Origin: a virus
IMG/VR virus record: IMGVR_UViG_3300037246_002669
Coordinates: 30,913 to 94,912 of that record
DNA: 64,000 nucleotides
Direction: 5' to 3' (one strand)
Positions 37,904-47,701 of this stretch are shown in pieces. The notes under the pieces are model-generated. The model did no database searches and had not been told where the DNA came from. It was given only the letters and a program-made list of their open reading frames with translations. Positions within the stretch are counted from its first letter, which is position 1. Each line of letters begins with the position of its first letter. The translations under genes and the position numbers were made by a program.

Positions 37904-38479
37904 TCACAATCTCCTTCCAGTGTCCGCACATATCAATCGGTTTGTAGAAACCGGACTGAATGAGCGATCCTTGGGTTCAAGATACCTAACTCCGAGAGCA
38001 CTGAAAATCAACTCTTCAGACTTCCCGGCAATCAGAGTGATGCCATGGTGCAGACCTTTTTGGCCCAACCGCATAGAGAGCTTTTTTGCGCGGGCGTGTA
38101 GGCACTTGTTAAATAGAACTGAACCAGTCATAAGCAACTGCATTGCTCCCACTGTATCAGCAGGTGATGCAAAAACATTAATCATGTAGTCGTTTAATTT
38201 GGCGAAAGTGCGATTGCCTTCTGATCCCATTCGGGTGATGTCGAACTTTTTGCCGTACAATCCGCATAAACAATCCATGGAGTCCGCAGGACCACTACCT
38301 TCAATTACGATCACTATGCCGGTTACCTGCGCAACTCCCCTGCGCAGCCCTCCGCAAATAATGGCGTTATGTTTTTTCATACGCTCAGTTGCCACCATAT
38401 CTTTTGCAAGGGACAGCAACTCTGAACTTGGATGATACACCTTCCGTTCATTTATAAGAACTTTCTTTCCCATTATCAC
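37904..38479 (-). CDS. Minimal DNA polymerase X-like protein (palm+thumb), catalytic Asp residues absent
   Basis: CGGLRRG, TGSVLFN, RAKKLSMRLGQKGL and SEELIFSALGVRYLEPKDR match the PolX thumb. Confidence 0.75.
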   Translation of the reverse strand: MIMGKKVLINERKVYHPSSELLSLAKDMVATERMKKHNAIICGGLRRGVAQVTGIVIVIEGSGPADSMDCLCGLYGKKFDITRMGSEGNRTFAKLNDYMINVFASPADTVGAMQLLMTGSVLFNKCLHARAKKLSMRLGQKGLHHGITLIAGKSEELIFSALGVRYLEPKDRSFSPVSTNRLICADTGRRL

Positions 38480-38880
38480 CTCCTCTTTTTCTTGCCATCT
38501 CTCAGTGGGGTATGCGCTACCGCGTACTTACGGGCCGTGATACCTTCCAGATCCACATGACCATTTGCACATATCCACTCCTCGTGGACTCTACGTTGTT
38601 CCGTTCCACATTCCGGGCATACCATGGAGCCCATGGCGGCATTCTCGTAAGTCTCCTCCGGTATCGGCAAGTCAACAAACAACATAGCGGTATCAGCAAC
38701 TTTATGCAATGCCTTATAGATATTCTCCCGGTATAGATTACGGATGCAGACAGGACATGGTTCAGTTTCCAGTTCTTTACTTGCAGGATCGTACTTTACC
38801 ATGCCCGAAGCCACCAACTCTCCATCTTCGCTGACAAGACTCCCAAGTATGTTCCCGCACATCATGCATTTTATTTTCAT
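38476..38880 (-). CDS. Zn-finger-containing hypothetical protein
   Basis: CxxC pairs (CMMC, CPVC, CPEC, CANGH). Confidence 0.6.
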   Translation of the reverse strand: MKIKCMMCGNILGSLVSEDGELVASGMVKYDPASKELETEPCPVCIRNLYRENIYKALHKVADTAMLFVDLPIPEETYENAAMGSMVCPECGTEQRRVHEEWICANGHVDLEGITARKYAVAHTPLRDGKKKRR

Positions 38881-38885
38881 AGTAA

Positions 38886-40070
38886 CTATGACTCCATGTT
38901 TTGAAACGATGTTAACACCAGATCTCGAAGGGTTCCCACTCCTTCCCCCAGCGCAGTATGTGCCCTACTTCTCTGCACTCCTACTATCCCCGCCCAGTAA
39001 TACAATTCCCAATCCTCTCCAATCCTTATGACGTGTTCACTCAATTGAGAAACTGTCTGGATAGTAGGACTTATAACTACATTGGTAATTTGTAAAGAAG
39101 TCATGCAATATCGCCAAATTTCAGGTGCGCTATTCACGGCAAAAGGCGGTACCATGTCACCCGTAATTGCAGAGGAGAAAATCCGTAATTCCACTGCTGT
39201 GAATACTCGCAGGTCTACGGTTGCCATCCTCCATGCCGGGATTCGAGCATTTAGGTGCCAAAGTAGCAATGCGCGGGCCGTTGATGGGTCTTCAGCCAAT
39301 ATGGGGTCAAAGTTCATAATTAATAGAAGTTGCACTTTCTCGGCAAAGTTACGAAGAGTATTCCGGGACATCCGCACTATTAGGTCACCTTGTAAGGGAG
39401 ATGGAATAATTTCCTGTGCTGCCCGGAATGATCCGATGGACTGTATAAGCATATCCCTTGACAGTGACTGCATGGGACGACAGCGAGTAACAGTCGTGTA
39501 CGCATCATGAAGCGTATCCATATTCAACGAACTAAGTTGATTTTCCGGCATGGTGATATCAGGTGCCGTGGTGGTAACCTCTTGCACTGTAGGCGGGGCA
39601 GTGTCTCTCATAATAAAGGGATACAGCATTCTTATAACTGCCCCGGAACCGTTCCGGTAGGTTTCCATTAAATCCCTACTGGAGATGCCAAGTCGCCCAG
39701 CTATCCTTCTCGTCATAAGAGATACTGACAACTCTGTTGAGGTTGGGGGAGATGGGGGGCGACTGAAGCGGGGAGTAACTGCCTGTACATTTGCAAAAGG
39801 ATTGTCGATGAACTCGGCTGCCACGGCATCGGCGATGAAGTCATCCACTTCTAACAACTGCACTTTTTTCCTGGCCTCCTCTTTCCGTTCCTCTTCCACT
39901 CCTTCCCGGCACAATGGACATGCCCATACCGTGAACAGATCATCTAACTCTTCTATCGTAGGATCGGGAATCTCGGATGTAGGTGCCTTCCGGTCCCCGC
40001 ACAGCTCACATCTTTGGGGCACAAACTCTTTCCCCAATCGTAGAAGCTTCTTTTTCCCGTCTCGTTTCAT
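38886..40070 (-). CDS. Hypothetical protein with N-terminal CxxC pairs
   Basis: 394-aa ORF coupled to the ligase stop. Confidence 0.6.
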   Translation of the reverse strand: MKRDGKKKLLRLGKEFVPQRCELCGDRKAPTSEIPDPTIEELDDLFTVWACPLCREGVEEERKEEARKKVQLLEVDDFIADAVAAEFIDNPFANVQAVTPRFSRPPSPPTSTELSVSLMTRRIAGRLGISSRDLMETYRNGSGAVIRMLYPFIMRDTAPPTVQEVTTTAPDITMPENQLSSLNMDTLHDAYTTVTRCRPMQSLSRDMLIQSIGSFRAAQEIIPSPLQGDLIVRMSRNTLRNFAEKVQLLLIMNFDPILAEDPSTARALLLWHLNARIPAWRMATVDLRVFTAVELRIFSSAITGDMVPPFAVNSAPEIWRYCMTSLQITNVVISPTIQTVSQLSEHVIRIGEDWELYYWAGIVGVQRSRAHTALGEGVGTLRDLVLTSFQNMES

Positions 40071-41335
40071 TATTTTCTGATCCCTTCACTTCCCACTTGA
40101 TCGGAAAAAACACAATCGCGGAAAGACTTGTCCGGGCGATCTTTTCTGAATCGTGCCCACCGGAACCTGGAGCCATCCCATCCGGAAACAGTCATCTCAA
40201 CGACTTTACCTTTGTACTGGTCATAGTATCGGAATCCGTTGGCTACTTGATCGTCATTCAGGTTCTTCATCTTCCCCACCTGGACAATGTTCTTCCCGGC
40301 GTCATCCAGCATACCCACCGCGAAGGTCGCGGCAGTGCCGTCCGGGATGGCCTTTTTATCATTGACTCCTGAACCTCCGCTGGTGCCTTCGGTGACTCCA
40401 ATGATAAATGCATCCACGGTCTTGTTCGTCTTCAACTTCCACATATTGGAATGAGTGATTTGTCCGGGAATGATCGGATCTTCGTCACATTTCCAAATGC
40501 CTCCCTCCACTCCCCACTCCGCGAACAAGTCCAGGGTCGATTGCGTGTTAGGATACCTCTCCAGTACCTTTATTTTATCACCCATCACTTCTTTCCGCAA
40601 CTGTCCCACCGCGTAAATGGCAGCCTTCCTGCGGTCCCGTAGGGGATAGGTCCGGATGTCTTTTCCCATGAAAAATAAGCAATCCCATACTGCATAGCCG
40701 ACGAAGTATCCCATCTCCTGTCGCTCGATAGTGTACTTGTCATACTTCCCATTTTGTTTAAACGTCTCGGTCAATTCCCCGTCAAGGACAGTTCCCAGCA
40801 GCGCCGGGAACTTGGTCTTTGCCATGGTTGGGTTTTTGTAATTGAGGTGTCGAAACTCCCCGGCTCGCTCCACCCCTTTCAGGAAGTCCTGCCGGTTTCT
40901 CCCTACAAAAAGAGAGTCACTTCCTCGCAACTGCATGGAGGCGCGAAGGCCGTCCTCCTTTAACTCTATAACCCCCGCTCCTTCATTGAATACGTACTCG
41001 GGGGCATCCTCCAAATATGCTCCTTTTGCCCGGGGAAGTATCACATCGCACTGGTTCCGGATATCCGAAAGTTTCTTCATTTCATCAGGATTCATTTCTG
41101 CCGGGTCCAAAATTTTCCTCCTTACTTTTTCGGCTTTGCCATAAGAGTCTTTTCCCGTTTCTCCAGAGCACCCTTCAGGACAACAGGCCATCATATCGTG
41201 GTCTGTTTCACGAAGCCGCCAGTACTTACTCAAAGAGTGCCCCAGGAAAGGCACCGGAACCATATTCACTCCACAATAAATGCATGTGGGCGGTGTCCTG
41301 TTATCCCCGGCGGGGGTCCAGCAGGATTCTATCAT
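40070..41335 (-). CDS. lig: ATP-dependent DNA ligase
   Basis: Motif I ELKEDGLR, III LDGEL, IIIa WDCLF, IV EGGIWK, V WKLK, VI RFRKDRPDK. Start moved to MIESCW (AAGGAG RBS). Confidence 0.9.
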   Translation of the reverse strand: MIESCWTPAGDNRTPPTCIYCGVNMVPVPFLGHSLSKYWRLRETDHDMMACCPEGCSGETGKDSYGKAEKVRRKILDPAEMNPDEMKKLSDIRNQCDVILPRAKGAYLEDAPEYVFNEGAGVIELKEDGLRASMQLRGSDSLFVGRNRQDFLKGVERAGEFRHLNYKNPTMAKTKFPALLGTVLDGELTETFKQNGKYDKYTIERQEMGYFVGYAVWDCLFFMGKDIRTYPLRDRRKAAIYAVGQLRKEVMGDKIKVLERYPNTQSTLDLFAEWGVEGGIWKCDEDPIIPGQITHSNMWKLKTNKTVDAFIIGVTEGTSGGSGVNDKKAIPDGTAATFAVGMLDDAGKNIVQVGKMKNLNDDQVANGFRYYDQYKGKVVEMTVSGWDGSRFRWARFRKDRPDKSFRDCVFSDQVGSEGIRK

Positions 41336-41437
41336 ATTAACTAATCTCCTTGTTTGCAATTTATTGCAAATTATCCCCTAAAGGATAAAGTGCCGCCCAT
41401 TAAACTTATACAATATAATCACAAAACGCAAGTAATA

Positions 41438-41686
41438 TCAAATGCGACATTTTACGGAACTTCGCCACTCGTTTTTGGGATATGGACACCCCCATCCCAC
41501 ACTCAGGGCCTCTTTGTGTGCTTCTGCAATGTCACAGACATGTTGAGCCCCATCCCACTGCAAGTTATCACAGCCCCGATACTCCCACGAACTTTGGTGT
41601 CGTTGGGGCGATAATCCGCAGGGGGATAAATGACAGCAAAAGCCGCATCGCTTGCATGGAGGGAAAGCCTTACTCTTCATCATCAA
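41438..41686 (-). CDS. Small Cys-cluster protein (CxxCGxCC, YkgJ-like)
   Basis: CKRCGFCC plus further Cys residues. Confidence 0.55.
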   Translation of the reverse strand: MMMKSKAFPPCKRCGFCCHLSPCGLSPQRHQSSWEYRGCDNLQWDGAQHVCDIAEAHKEALSVGWGCPYPKNEWRSSVKCRI

Positions 41687-42224
41687 TCACTCCAGCTACA
41701 ATTACCCTCGAAATTGCGAGATATTCACGCTGCACAGTAAAAGAGCAACTTTCCAAGCAAAGCATATCAGCCAGTAAGGGGATACTTGACAGCATCAGCC
41801 AATTTTCCCGAAACTTTTCAAGAGCACCTTTCTCTATCTGCTGCACCCGGGAGACTGTTAAGTCGAGTTCAAGTGCAATCTCTGTCAATGACATTCTATA
41901 AAGAGAAGATCGCATGGCCACATCACTTTCAGCATCCCTGAAGTTGGTTTGTCTTTGTTTCTGAGCAATACTGTTGCGGGATTTGGTGCGCATCTTTTGG
42001 CACGCATCGCACCTGGATTTGGTCCACGCCTTCGGTTTCACAGAAACACTCTCCCCACAATCTTCACAAGTCATCATATAATTTCCGATTGCCTGCCAGT
42101 GTTCCCCACAAAGGACAGGGACTTCACTCCGTTCATTTTTAACCATGACACATTCGCATCGATACTGCACTCCGGTTAGTTTGTCGGCAATTTTGGTCGA
42201 ATCAATAAAATCATAGTCTGCCAC
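41670..42224 (-). CDS. Zn-ribbon plus sigma70 region-4-like HTH protein
   Basis: CEDC and CDAC. MSLTEIALELDLTVSRVQQIEKGALEKFR matches the region 4.2 HTH pattern. Confidence 0.7.
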   Translation of the reverse strand: MADYDFIDSTKIADKLTGVQYRCECVMVKNERSEVPVLCGEHWQAIGNYMMTCEDCGESVSVKPKAWTKSRCDACQKMRTKSRNSIAQKQRQTNFRDAESDVAMRSSLYRMSLTEIALELDLTVSRVQQIEKGALEKFRENWLMLSSIPLLADMLCLESCSFTVQREYLAISRVIVAGVIDDEE

Positions 42225-42247
42225 TGTCCACCTCCCAATGATAAGGT

Positions 42248-42820
42248 TTACCGTTTACCCTGCAATAACAACTCTATCCGAAAAAATGGATCATTCTTTT
42301 TCAGCCATTGAAAAGCAGATGAAGTTGTGTTGCAATTTGGAAAATCGCATTTCTTTTCTGCCTGCCACCGGGCGATAACAGCATCAGTTAAACTGGAAAA
42401 TAACCCAAGATGTATTTGACTCCTATCCACCGTGATTTGTGATTGCCATTTTTGACGAGTCCTGCGCCAACAGACTCCAGTTACCCCGGATGAATTATTG
42501 GAGTGTACGCCCCTGTTCCTATTTTGACACTGGTAGGTCGCTTCTCGCAAATTGGAGATCCAGTTGTGATGTCGAATTCTGTCTTTATGATCAATTGTAT
42601 TTTCGGGGAAACATCCATAATACATCAACCATGCGATGCGGTGCGCGAGATACGTCTTATTATTTATGCGAAGGTAGATATATCCATTATAAAGAGAACC
42701 CGCTTCATCCCCGGCGCGGATCGGTCCCCAGCTTGTTCTGTGGGTAAAAATCCCAGTTCGGGGATCATAATTCAATTTCCGAGGGGCTTCTTGATCGATA
42801 AAATCGTAGTCATCTGCCAC
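42248..42820 (-). CDS. HNH endonuclease with AP2-like C-terminal domain
   Basis: AHRIAW, IDHKDR..HHNWISNLR and SSGVTGV.W..KW..I..LG.F. Confidence 0.9.
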   Translation of the reverse strand: MADDYDFIDQEAPRKLNYDPRTGIFTHRTSWGPIRAGDEAGSLYNGYIYLRINNKTYLAHRIAWLMYYGCFPENTIDHKDRIRHHNWISNLREATYQCQNRNRGVHSNNSSGVTGVCWRRTRQKWQSQITVDRSQIHLGLFSSLTDAVIARWQAEKKCDFPNCNTTSSAFQWLKKNDPFFRIELLLQGKR

Positions 42821-42856
42821 TGTCCATCCTCCCCAATGTTAGGATTTTATAAAAGC

Positions 42857-42890
42857 AAAAAAGGAGGGATTTTATCCCCCCCTCCCTCGT
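42857..42890 (-). terminator. Intrinsic terminator after the GHKL gene
   Basis: GC-rich hairpin followed by a T-run on the minus strand. Confidence 0.6.
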
Positions 42891-42897
42891 ATGGAAT

Positions 42898-44427
42898 TTA
42901 CTTGAGTTTTTGGATTGCCTTGTAAGCGTAGTGACTCGGCATGGTTTTAAATCGAAGGCGGGACATCTCGCCGACGAACTCTTCGTCATGGTAGCGATAC
43001 TTCATGTGCGCCAGTTCGTGGAGAGCCATTTCTTTCAGGTATTCGACTAACATCCATCGTTTTTTCATCGGAGTCTTACTTCCTCCCAGAATTTTATCGG
43101 GGTTAACCGACACTACCACATTACCGGTGGAGTCCATACGGAAGGATGCTGCCCTGTCGTCGTCAAAGTCAAATCCGGCAGTGAAGGAAATGTAATTTTC
43201 GTCGTCCAGCAAAATCTGCTTTACAATTTCCGTCCACATCTCAGCCAGGACATTACCATACTTGGAGGAGAGGAACTTTTGTACTCTGTCCTCATCACTC
43301 ACTTCATGACTCACGAAGAAATCGGGTTTGTACCCAACGAAGTTCAGTTTAGCAGTGTCCACTTCAGTATCACTGAGGCATCCCCCATTGTCGAAAATTT
43401 CCTTGGCTTCAATCATGATCCGTTCGTAAGCCACGGACTCCGAAACTCCTTCCATCAGGGAAGCTAAGCCCGTCACCATGGAAGCCAGCCCTTTTTTAGT
43501 TTCAGGCAGGATGTCAGAGCGCAGCTGGGAAGTTACCATCCCCGCGCGGAAAGAGGACTGGGTTGCATTGACGTGAACTTTGCCGGTTCCATTCAGTATT
43601 CCTGAGATCATGACTTTAGGGGGATTAAGAATTGCCTTGCGATCGGCGGATATTTTGCGGGTTAACTTTGCGACTTCCTCTGCATAACGTTCCTTTAATG
43701 AGTCGCGGTTGGAGTTCAGGCACTCCACTGAGTTTTTGGAGAGTTCCAAGGTCAACCTTGCGCCGATGTCTCCAATGTGTTCGGAAAACATCCAGACTCC
43801 ATTAATCCTGAAATGCATGTGGGGATCATTCCCGACTTCCTCGTTAATATGAAGTTTTGCCCAATCAAACTCATGGCAGCCGCCATTGCCTTTGGTTATT
43901 TTTGTCTTAATGATCTCACCGTCCACTGAGATTTTGCAAGGCACTTCCATTTTGGCAGCAACGAGCGCGAAGCAGGCGCGAAGTTGGTCCATGTCCTCGG
44001 CTTTGGGAATCCAGATGGAAGCTCGGGTTCCCTGCACAAACTCGTTAGATTCGATGGTATAACCGGCACCCTTACCAGTGACCTTATACCGATCAGTCAG
44101 GATTTGATACCGGGTCCATGAAAAGTAGAGGAGATCTTTGGCTTTCCCAAAACCACCAACTGCATCATCGCCGTCCTTATAGGAACCGCCCAGGGTGAGG
44201 AGTTGGGCCAAAACCGGGCGTTTCATTCCAGAACCATCATCAATAATGTCAATCCGGCGATCACTCGGGACAAACTTCACTTCGATTTCAGTGGCACCCG
44301 CATCAATTGAGTTTTGGTAGAACTCACGAGGAAGGGCAGTTCGATAGTTTCGATAATCGGCTTTTGCCATTGTAAGAAAATATCCGTTCGGTACTGTCAA
44401 GGTGTTTTCATGTTTTGCCATCTTCAC
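42898..44427 (-). CDS. GHKL (HATPase_c) ATPase with C-terminal HExxH motif
   Basis: REFYQNSIDA, DDGSGM and GGFG Bergerat motifs. HELAH near the C-terminus. Confidence 0.8.
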   Translation of the reverse strand: MKMAKHENTLTVPNGYFLTMAKADYRNYRTALPREFYQNSIDAGATEIEVKFVPSDRRIDIIDDGSGMKRPVLAQLLTLGGSYKDGDDAVGGFGKAKDLLYFSWTRYQILTDRYKVTGKGAGYTIESNEFVQGTRASIWIPKAEDMDQLRACFALVAAKMEVPCKISVDGEIIKTKITKGNGGCHEFDWAKLHINEEVGNDPHMHFRINGVWMFSEHIGDIGARLTLELSKNSVECLNSNRDSLKERYAEEVAKLTRKISADRKAILNPPKVMISGILNGTGKVHVNATQSSFRAGMVTSQLRSDILPETKKGLASMVTGLASLMEGVSESVAYERIMIEAKEIFDNGGCLSDTEVDTAKLNFVGYKPDFFVSHEVSDEDRVQKFLSSKYGNVLAEMWTEIVKQILLDDENYISFTAGFDFDDDRAASFRMDSTGNVVVSVNPDKILGGSKTPMKKRWMLVEYLKEMALHELAHMKYRYHDEEFVGEMSRLRFKTMPSHYAYKAIQKLK

Positions 44428-44471
44428 TGCCTCCTGTTAAGTTTCGGGTTGTTTCCTGCCATGTTAAATAC

Positions 44472-44500
44472 AATCTAACACCGGTTAAAATCATTGTCAA
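44472..44500 (-). promoter_or_regulatory. Early sigma70-type promoter, repeat copy 1
   Basis: TTGACA-N17-TAGATT with extended -10 TG. Confidence 0.85.
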
Positions 44501-44802
44501 GGAAAAATCGTCTAAGGCACAAAAAATCCGGGCACCACTGGAAGCACCCGGACTCGTAAATGGCGTTTAAGTCTGCAGAATCAGGCTTTCGAGCGTTACG
44601 TTTGCCACAGTATCCCCGTCATGGTCAGCTATGTCCAGCCCAAACTCAAGGTCGATGTCGCCCGTCTGCTCCATGGCCATCACTACGTGGGCAGGATACA
44701 CTTCAGCGTAGTTGCAGGAATTCCCTAACTCGCATGTCACTGAGTATCCCGTGTAGTTCTGTTTGATTGCTTCTGCTAAAATAGCCGCGCACTCTACTTT
44801 AG

Positions 44803-45027
44803 TCATGTCACTCTTGTTCCTTCTTTTATAAATGCGGTGTAAGTGCTGGACTTGTTGTCCCATACCCCTCTTGCCACTACTTCCCCGTTGGGTAGCAGAT
44901 ATTCTATGGTATAACCGGCCACTCGGGTGTCTCCATTCCATCCGGCATCCCGAAGAACTTGGCCAAATTTGTGATCCTGGGTTTTCCCCAATTCGATAAG
45001 CGTTACTTCCCTGTTTTTCTCTTCCAT
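44803..45027 (-). CDS. Small early hypothetical protein
   Basis: AAGGAG RBS. Confidence 0.55.
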   Translation of the reverse strand: MEEKNREVTLIELGKTQDHKFGQVLRDAGWNGDTRVAGYTIEYLLPNGEVVARGVWDNKSSTYTAFIKEGTRVT

Positions 45028-45042
45028 CTCAATGTCTCCTTT

Positions 45043-45675
45043 TTAAAAGGTCTCACAAGCCTTTGTCTGTTCTTCCGGCCCCATGGAAATCGGCATCAAT
45101 ACCACTTGAAACATGAAATTTTCGAGAAGAACTATGCCATCTCGTAATACAGTGACAGTCAGTTCTGCTTTTCCGATGGCGTTAAATGCATTACAAAATC
45201 TGGGAGCACTGATCGCGGTCCGGTTGTTCACGCACTTGGCAATGCGCCATAAGGTTATACTGGCCCAGTCCTTAGTATCATCGCACAGATACTCTGAAGG
45301 GAGGACAATTTCACACACTGTGTTCCTTGCAGTTTTTTCTGCCAGAATGTACTCGTCTATATCAGGGTAATTGCCCTCTACTTCTCCGGCGTAGACCACT
45401 TCCACTTGGGTTTTCGTGCCTTTTGTGATACCCCAAAGACCGGGAAAATCCAGATCCTCTAAATCCCTATCATGTTTGTAAATCCGTAATTCCATCCCGT
45501 CCGAAAAGTAAGCACGCCGAGACTCCACCGCTATGGATTTATGCCCAGGGACTTCGTACTTAGATGAGCGGTACTTAGGGGAGTGGTATTTCCTACTGTA
45601 GATCCCCATGAAGAACTTCACTGTCTCAGGCCAATGTAAACTGGTTCTCTTGTCCCATGTTCTCTTCTCTCCCAT
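45043..45675 (-). CDS. Early hypothetical protein
   Basis: AGGAGG RBS. 210 aa. Confidence 0.6.
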   Translation of the reverse strand: MGEKRTWDKRTSLHWPETVKFFMGIYSRKYHSPKYRSSKYEVPGHKSIAVESRRAYFSDGMELRIYKHDRDLEDLDFPGLWGITKGTKTQVEVVYAGEVEGNYPDIDEYILAEKTARNTVCEIVLPSEYLCDDTKDWASITLWRIAKCVNNRTAISAPRFCNAFNAIGKAELTVTVLRDGIVLLENFMFQVVLMPISMGPEEQTKACETF

Positions 45676-45939
45676 GTTCCCGATCCTCCTTTTAGTGAAA
45701 AACTATTTGAGCCATTTGCAACTTGACCGACAGGACTTGACCGACAGGCATCGCGTCACCTTTCCGCGTACTCCCATAAAATTTCACAATAGGCATGATC
45801 TGGCCTTTTGGTGCGAAACCCTTATAGTCACAGGGTCTCCCTTCCGCTACTACTTTGTACAATTTGTGACTTGCCATTGCCCACCCCTTTTTTGTCAAAT
45901 AAATAAAAAAGGACACCCGTTAAGGTGTCCCATGATAGT

Positions 45940-46149
45940 CTATCCAATCAACATATTCTGCGCGTCTCGCATCCGGGCAAGTACATCCTGAATTGATACA
46001 TAGCCGTCAAGTTCGTCCCCGCAGTGGAACTTAGTGGACAGAAGATAGGTTTCCAATTCAATCAAAGTTTCCCGCGCACTCTGCTTTTCCGCCTCAAGTT
46101 CAGCCACTCTGTCCTGCAAGGTTTTGATATAATTTTTAGCCATCTTCAT
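45940..46149 (-). CDS. Small early hypothetical protein
   Basis: First gene after promoter copy 2, with GAGGA RBS. Confidence 0.6.
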   Translation of the reverse strand: MKMAKNYIKTLQDRVAELEAEKQSARETLIELETYLLSTKFHCGDELDGYVSIQDVLARMRDAQNMLIG

Positions 46150-46209
46150 GTCCTCCTACTAAGGTTCGGGGTTTCAAAGTGCGAGGTGATTTCCCCGCCG
46201 TTCAAGTAC

Positions 46210-46238
46210 AATCTAACACCGGTTAAAATCATTGTCAA
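46210..46238 (-). promoter_or_regulatory. Early promoter, repeat copy 2
   Basis: TTGACA-N17-TAGATT. TTGCAA box at 46257-46272. Confidence 0.85.
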
Positions 46239-46591
46239 GGGATTTTTAGGAAAAATTTGCAATTTATTGCAAATCCCCTGTAACCAGACTAATGTATGGT
46301 AACAGTCCCGCATAGCAGTTGTTCCCTTATAAGGGAAACGAACTTGTCTGCCTCGGCAGTCGTGCGGAACTTGTATTTGATAAAAACATCCTGCATAACT
46401 CTGCGCTCGCCACTGTGTTGTCCGAAGTTATCCCACGCGATATCCATTACTTTTTTGCGATTCTGCTGCGGTACGTGAAAAAGTTCCACTGTCGTTTCCA
46501 CTGGGTATCTCCCTTCGGTAGACTCAATATGATTAAGTGCCATACTTTATAGATTCATTAAAGCACAGCACTCAAGTATTATCCAACAGTT

Positions 46592-46945
46592 TTACCCGTG
46601 GATCTTTCCCCACGGAGGTGACAACCGTTCAAGGTACTCCGGTTTCTTGCAATGGGCACAGAGCACTCCGAGATTACTAACTTTGCCGCACCAGTTGCAG
46701 CGCATTTTATAAGGACGAATATCATCAATGACTTCCGCAACTGATCCGATCATGATGCGCATTCCCTGGTCACTTACTCCCTCGATCGGACCGGTATTGA
46801 ACTGGTCCTTAAACAGGAACTCTGTCTCCACTTCCAAGGTCATACCCTGAATCTTCTCCAATTGTTTCGCCCACTCCCAGTTTATCACAAACTGTTGCTG
46901 TCGAACGTACAGTTCCCCTGCATTGTCTCTGATTCGAATTTTCAC
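46592..46945 (-). CDS. Early hypothetical protein with C-terminal CxxC pairs
   Basis: AGGAGG RBS with GTG start. Confidence 0.55.
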   Translation of the reverse strand: MKIRIRDNAGELYVRQQQFVINWEWAKQLEKIQGMTLEVETEFLFKDQFNTGPIEGVSDQGMRIMIGSVAEVIDDIRPYKMRCNWCGKVSNLGVLCAHCKKPEYLERLSPPWGKIHG

Positions 46946-46974
46946 TTTCTGCCTCCTTCAAGGTTACTTAAGAA

Positions 46975-47523
46975 TTATCGAAGATATGCCACTCCGTAGA
47001 CACCGCAGCACTTCATGTACTTTTCGGGACTGTCGTAAATGTTGCCTCGCGCATGTTTGGCCGGGGACTTCCAGCCTGCAGGCTTCAAGATGTCGCCGTT
47101 TTCCATGTTCACGAAACAATAAACAGAACGCTGCTCCAGTGTCATACATTCCGAATTTTCGGGAATATACCCGGTAAAGACCTTGACGTACTTTTTGCCT
47201 ACTGAGAAGTCGGTGGACGTGGGAATTACGGAAACAGCGGAACCCCTGGTAGACTCGATCATCCGTTTCAGGTGCTTCATGAATCGCACGCACTTGGTAT
47301 CAAATGAATGGGAGCCGGTAGTCAGTTCGATTTTCTTATCGAAATTGAAAGGCGTTTCCGCTTTCGCCGCCTGTTTCCGCTTTTCCATCTCCACTTCCAC
47401 GTCCGCAGCGAAATAATCCTCCAGCAGTTCGCCCACTCTCGGAATCGCCAGCAACTTGGCTCCGGTAGATTCCGAAATGATATCTTCCAAAATAGTTTCC
47501 ATTTCCTTCGCGTCTGTACTCAT
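46975..47523 (-). CDS. Phage hypothetical protein (GDILKPAGWKSPAK motif)
   Basis: AGGAGG RBS. First gene after promoter copy 3. Confidence 0.65.
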   Translation of the reverse strand: MSTDAKEMETILEDIISESTGAKLLAIPRVGELLEDYFAADVEVEMEKRKQAAKAETPFNFDKKIELTTGSHSFDTKCVRFMKHLKRMIESTRGSAVSVIPTSTDFSVGKKYVKVFTGYIPENSECMTLEQRSVYCFVNMENGDILKPAGWKSPAKHARGNIYDSPEKYMKCCGVYGVAYLR

Positions 47524-47595
47524 GGTAACGACCTCCTGTTAAGATTATGAAAAAATGTGCAAGGTGAGGGAACCGTTTCCCACCGTGTTAAATAC

Positions 47596-47624
47596 AATCT
47601 AACACCGGTAAAAATCATTGTCAA
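47596..47624 (-). promoter_or_regulatory. Early promoter, repeat copy 3
   Basis: TTGACA-N17-TAGATT. Box at 47632-47647, with a hairpin upstream. Confidence 0.85.
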
Positions 47625-47701
47625 GGGATTATTGCAAGAAATTGCAAATAAAAAAAGGGATACCCGAAAGCATCCCCATTTTCAGTACTTGACTCCTTGT
47701 G

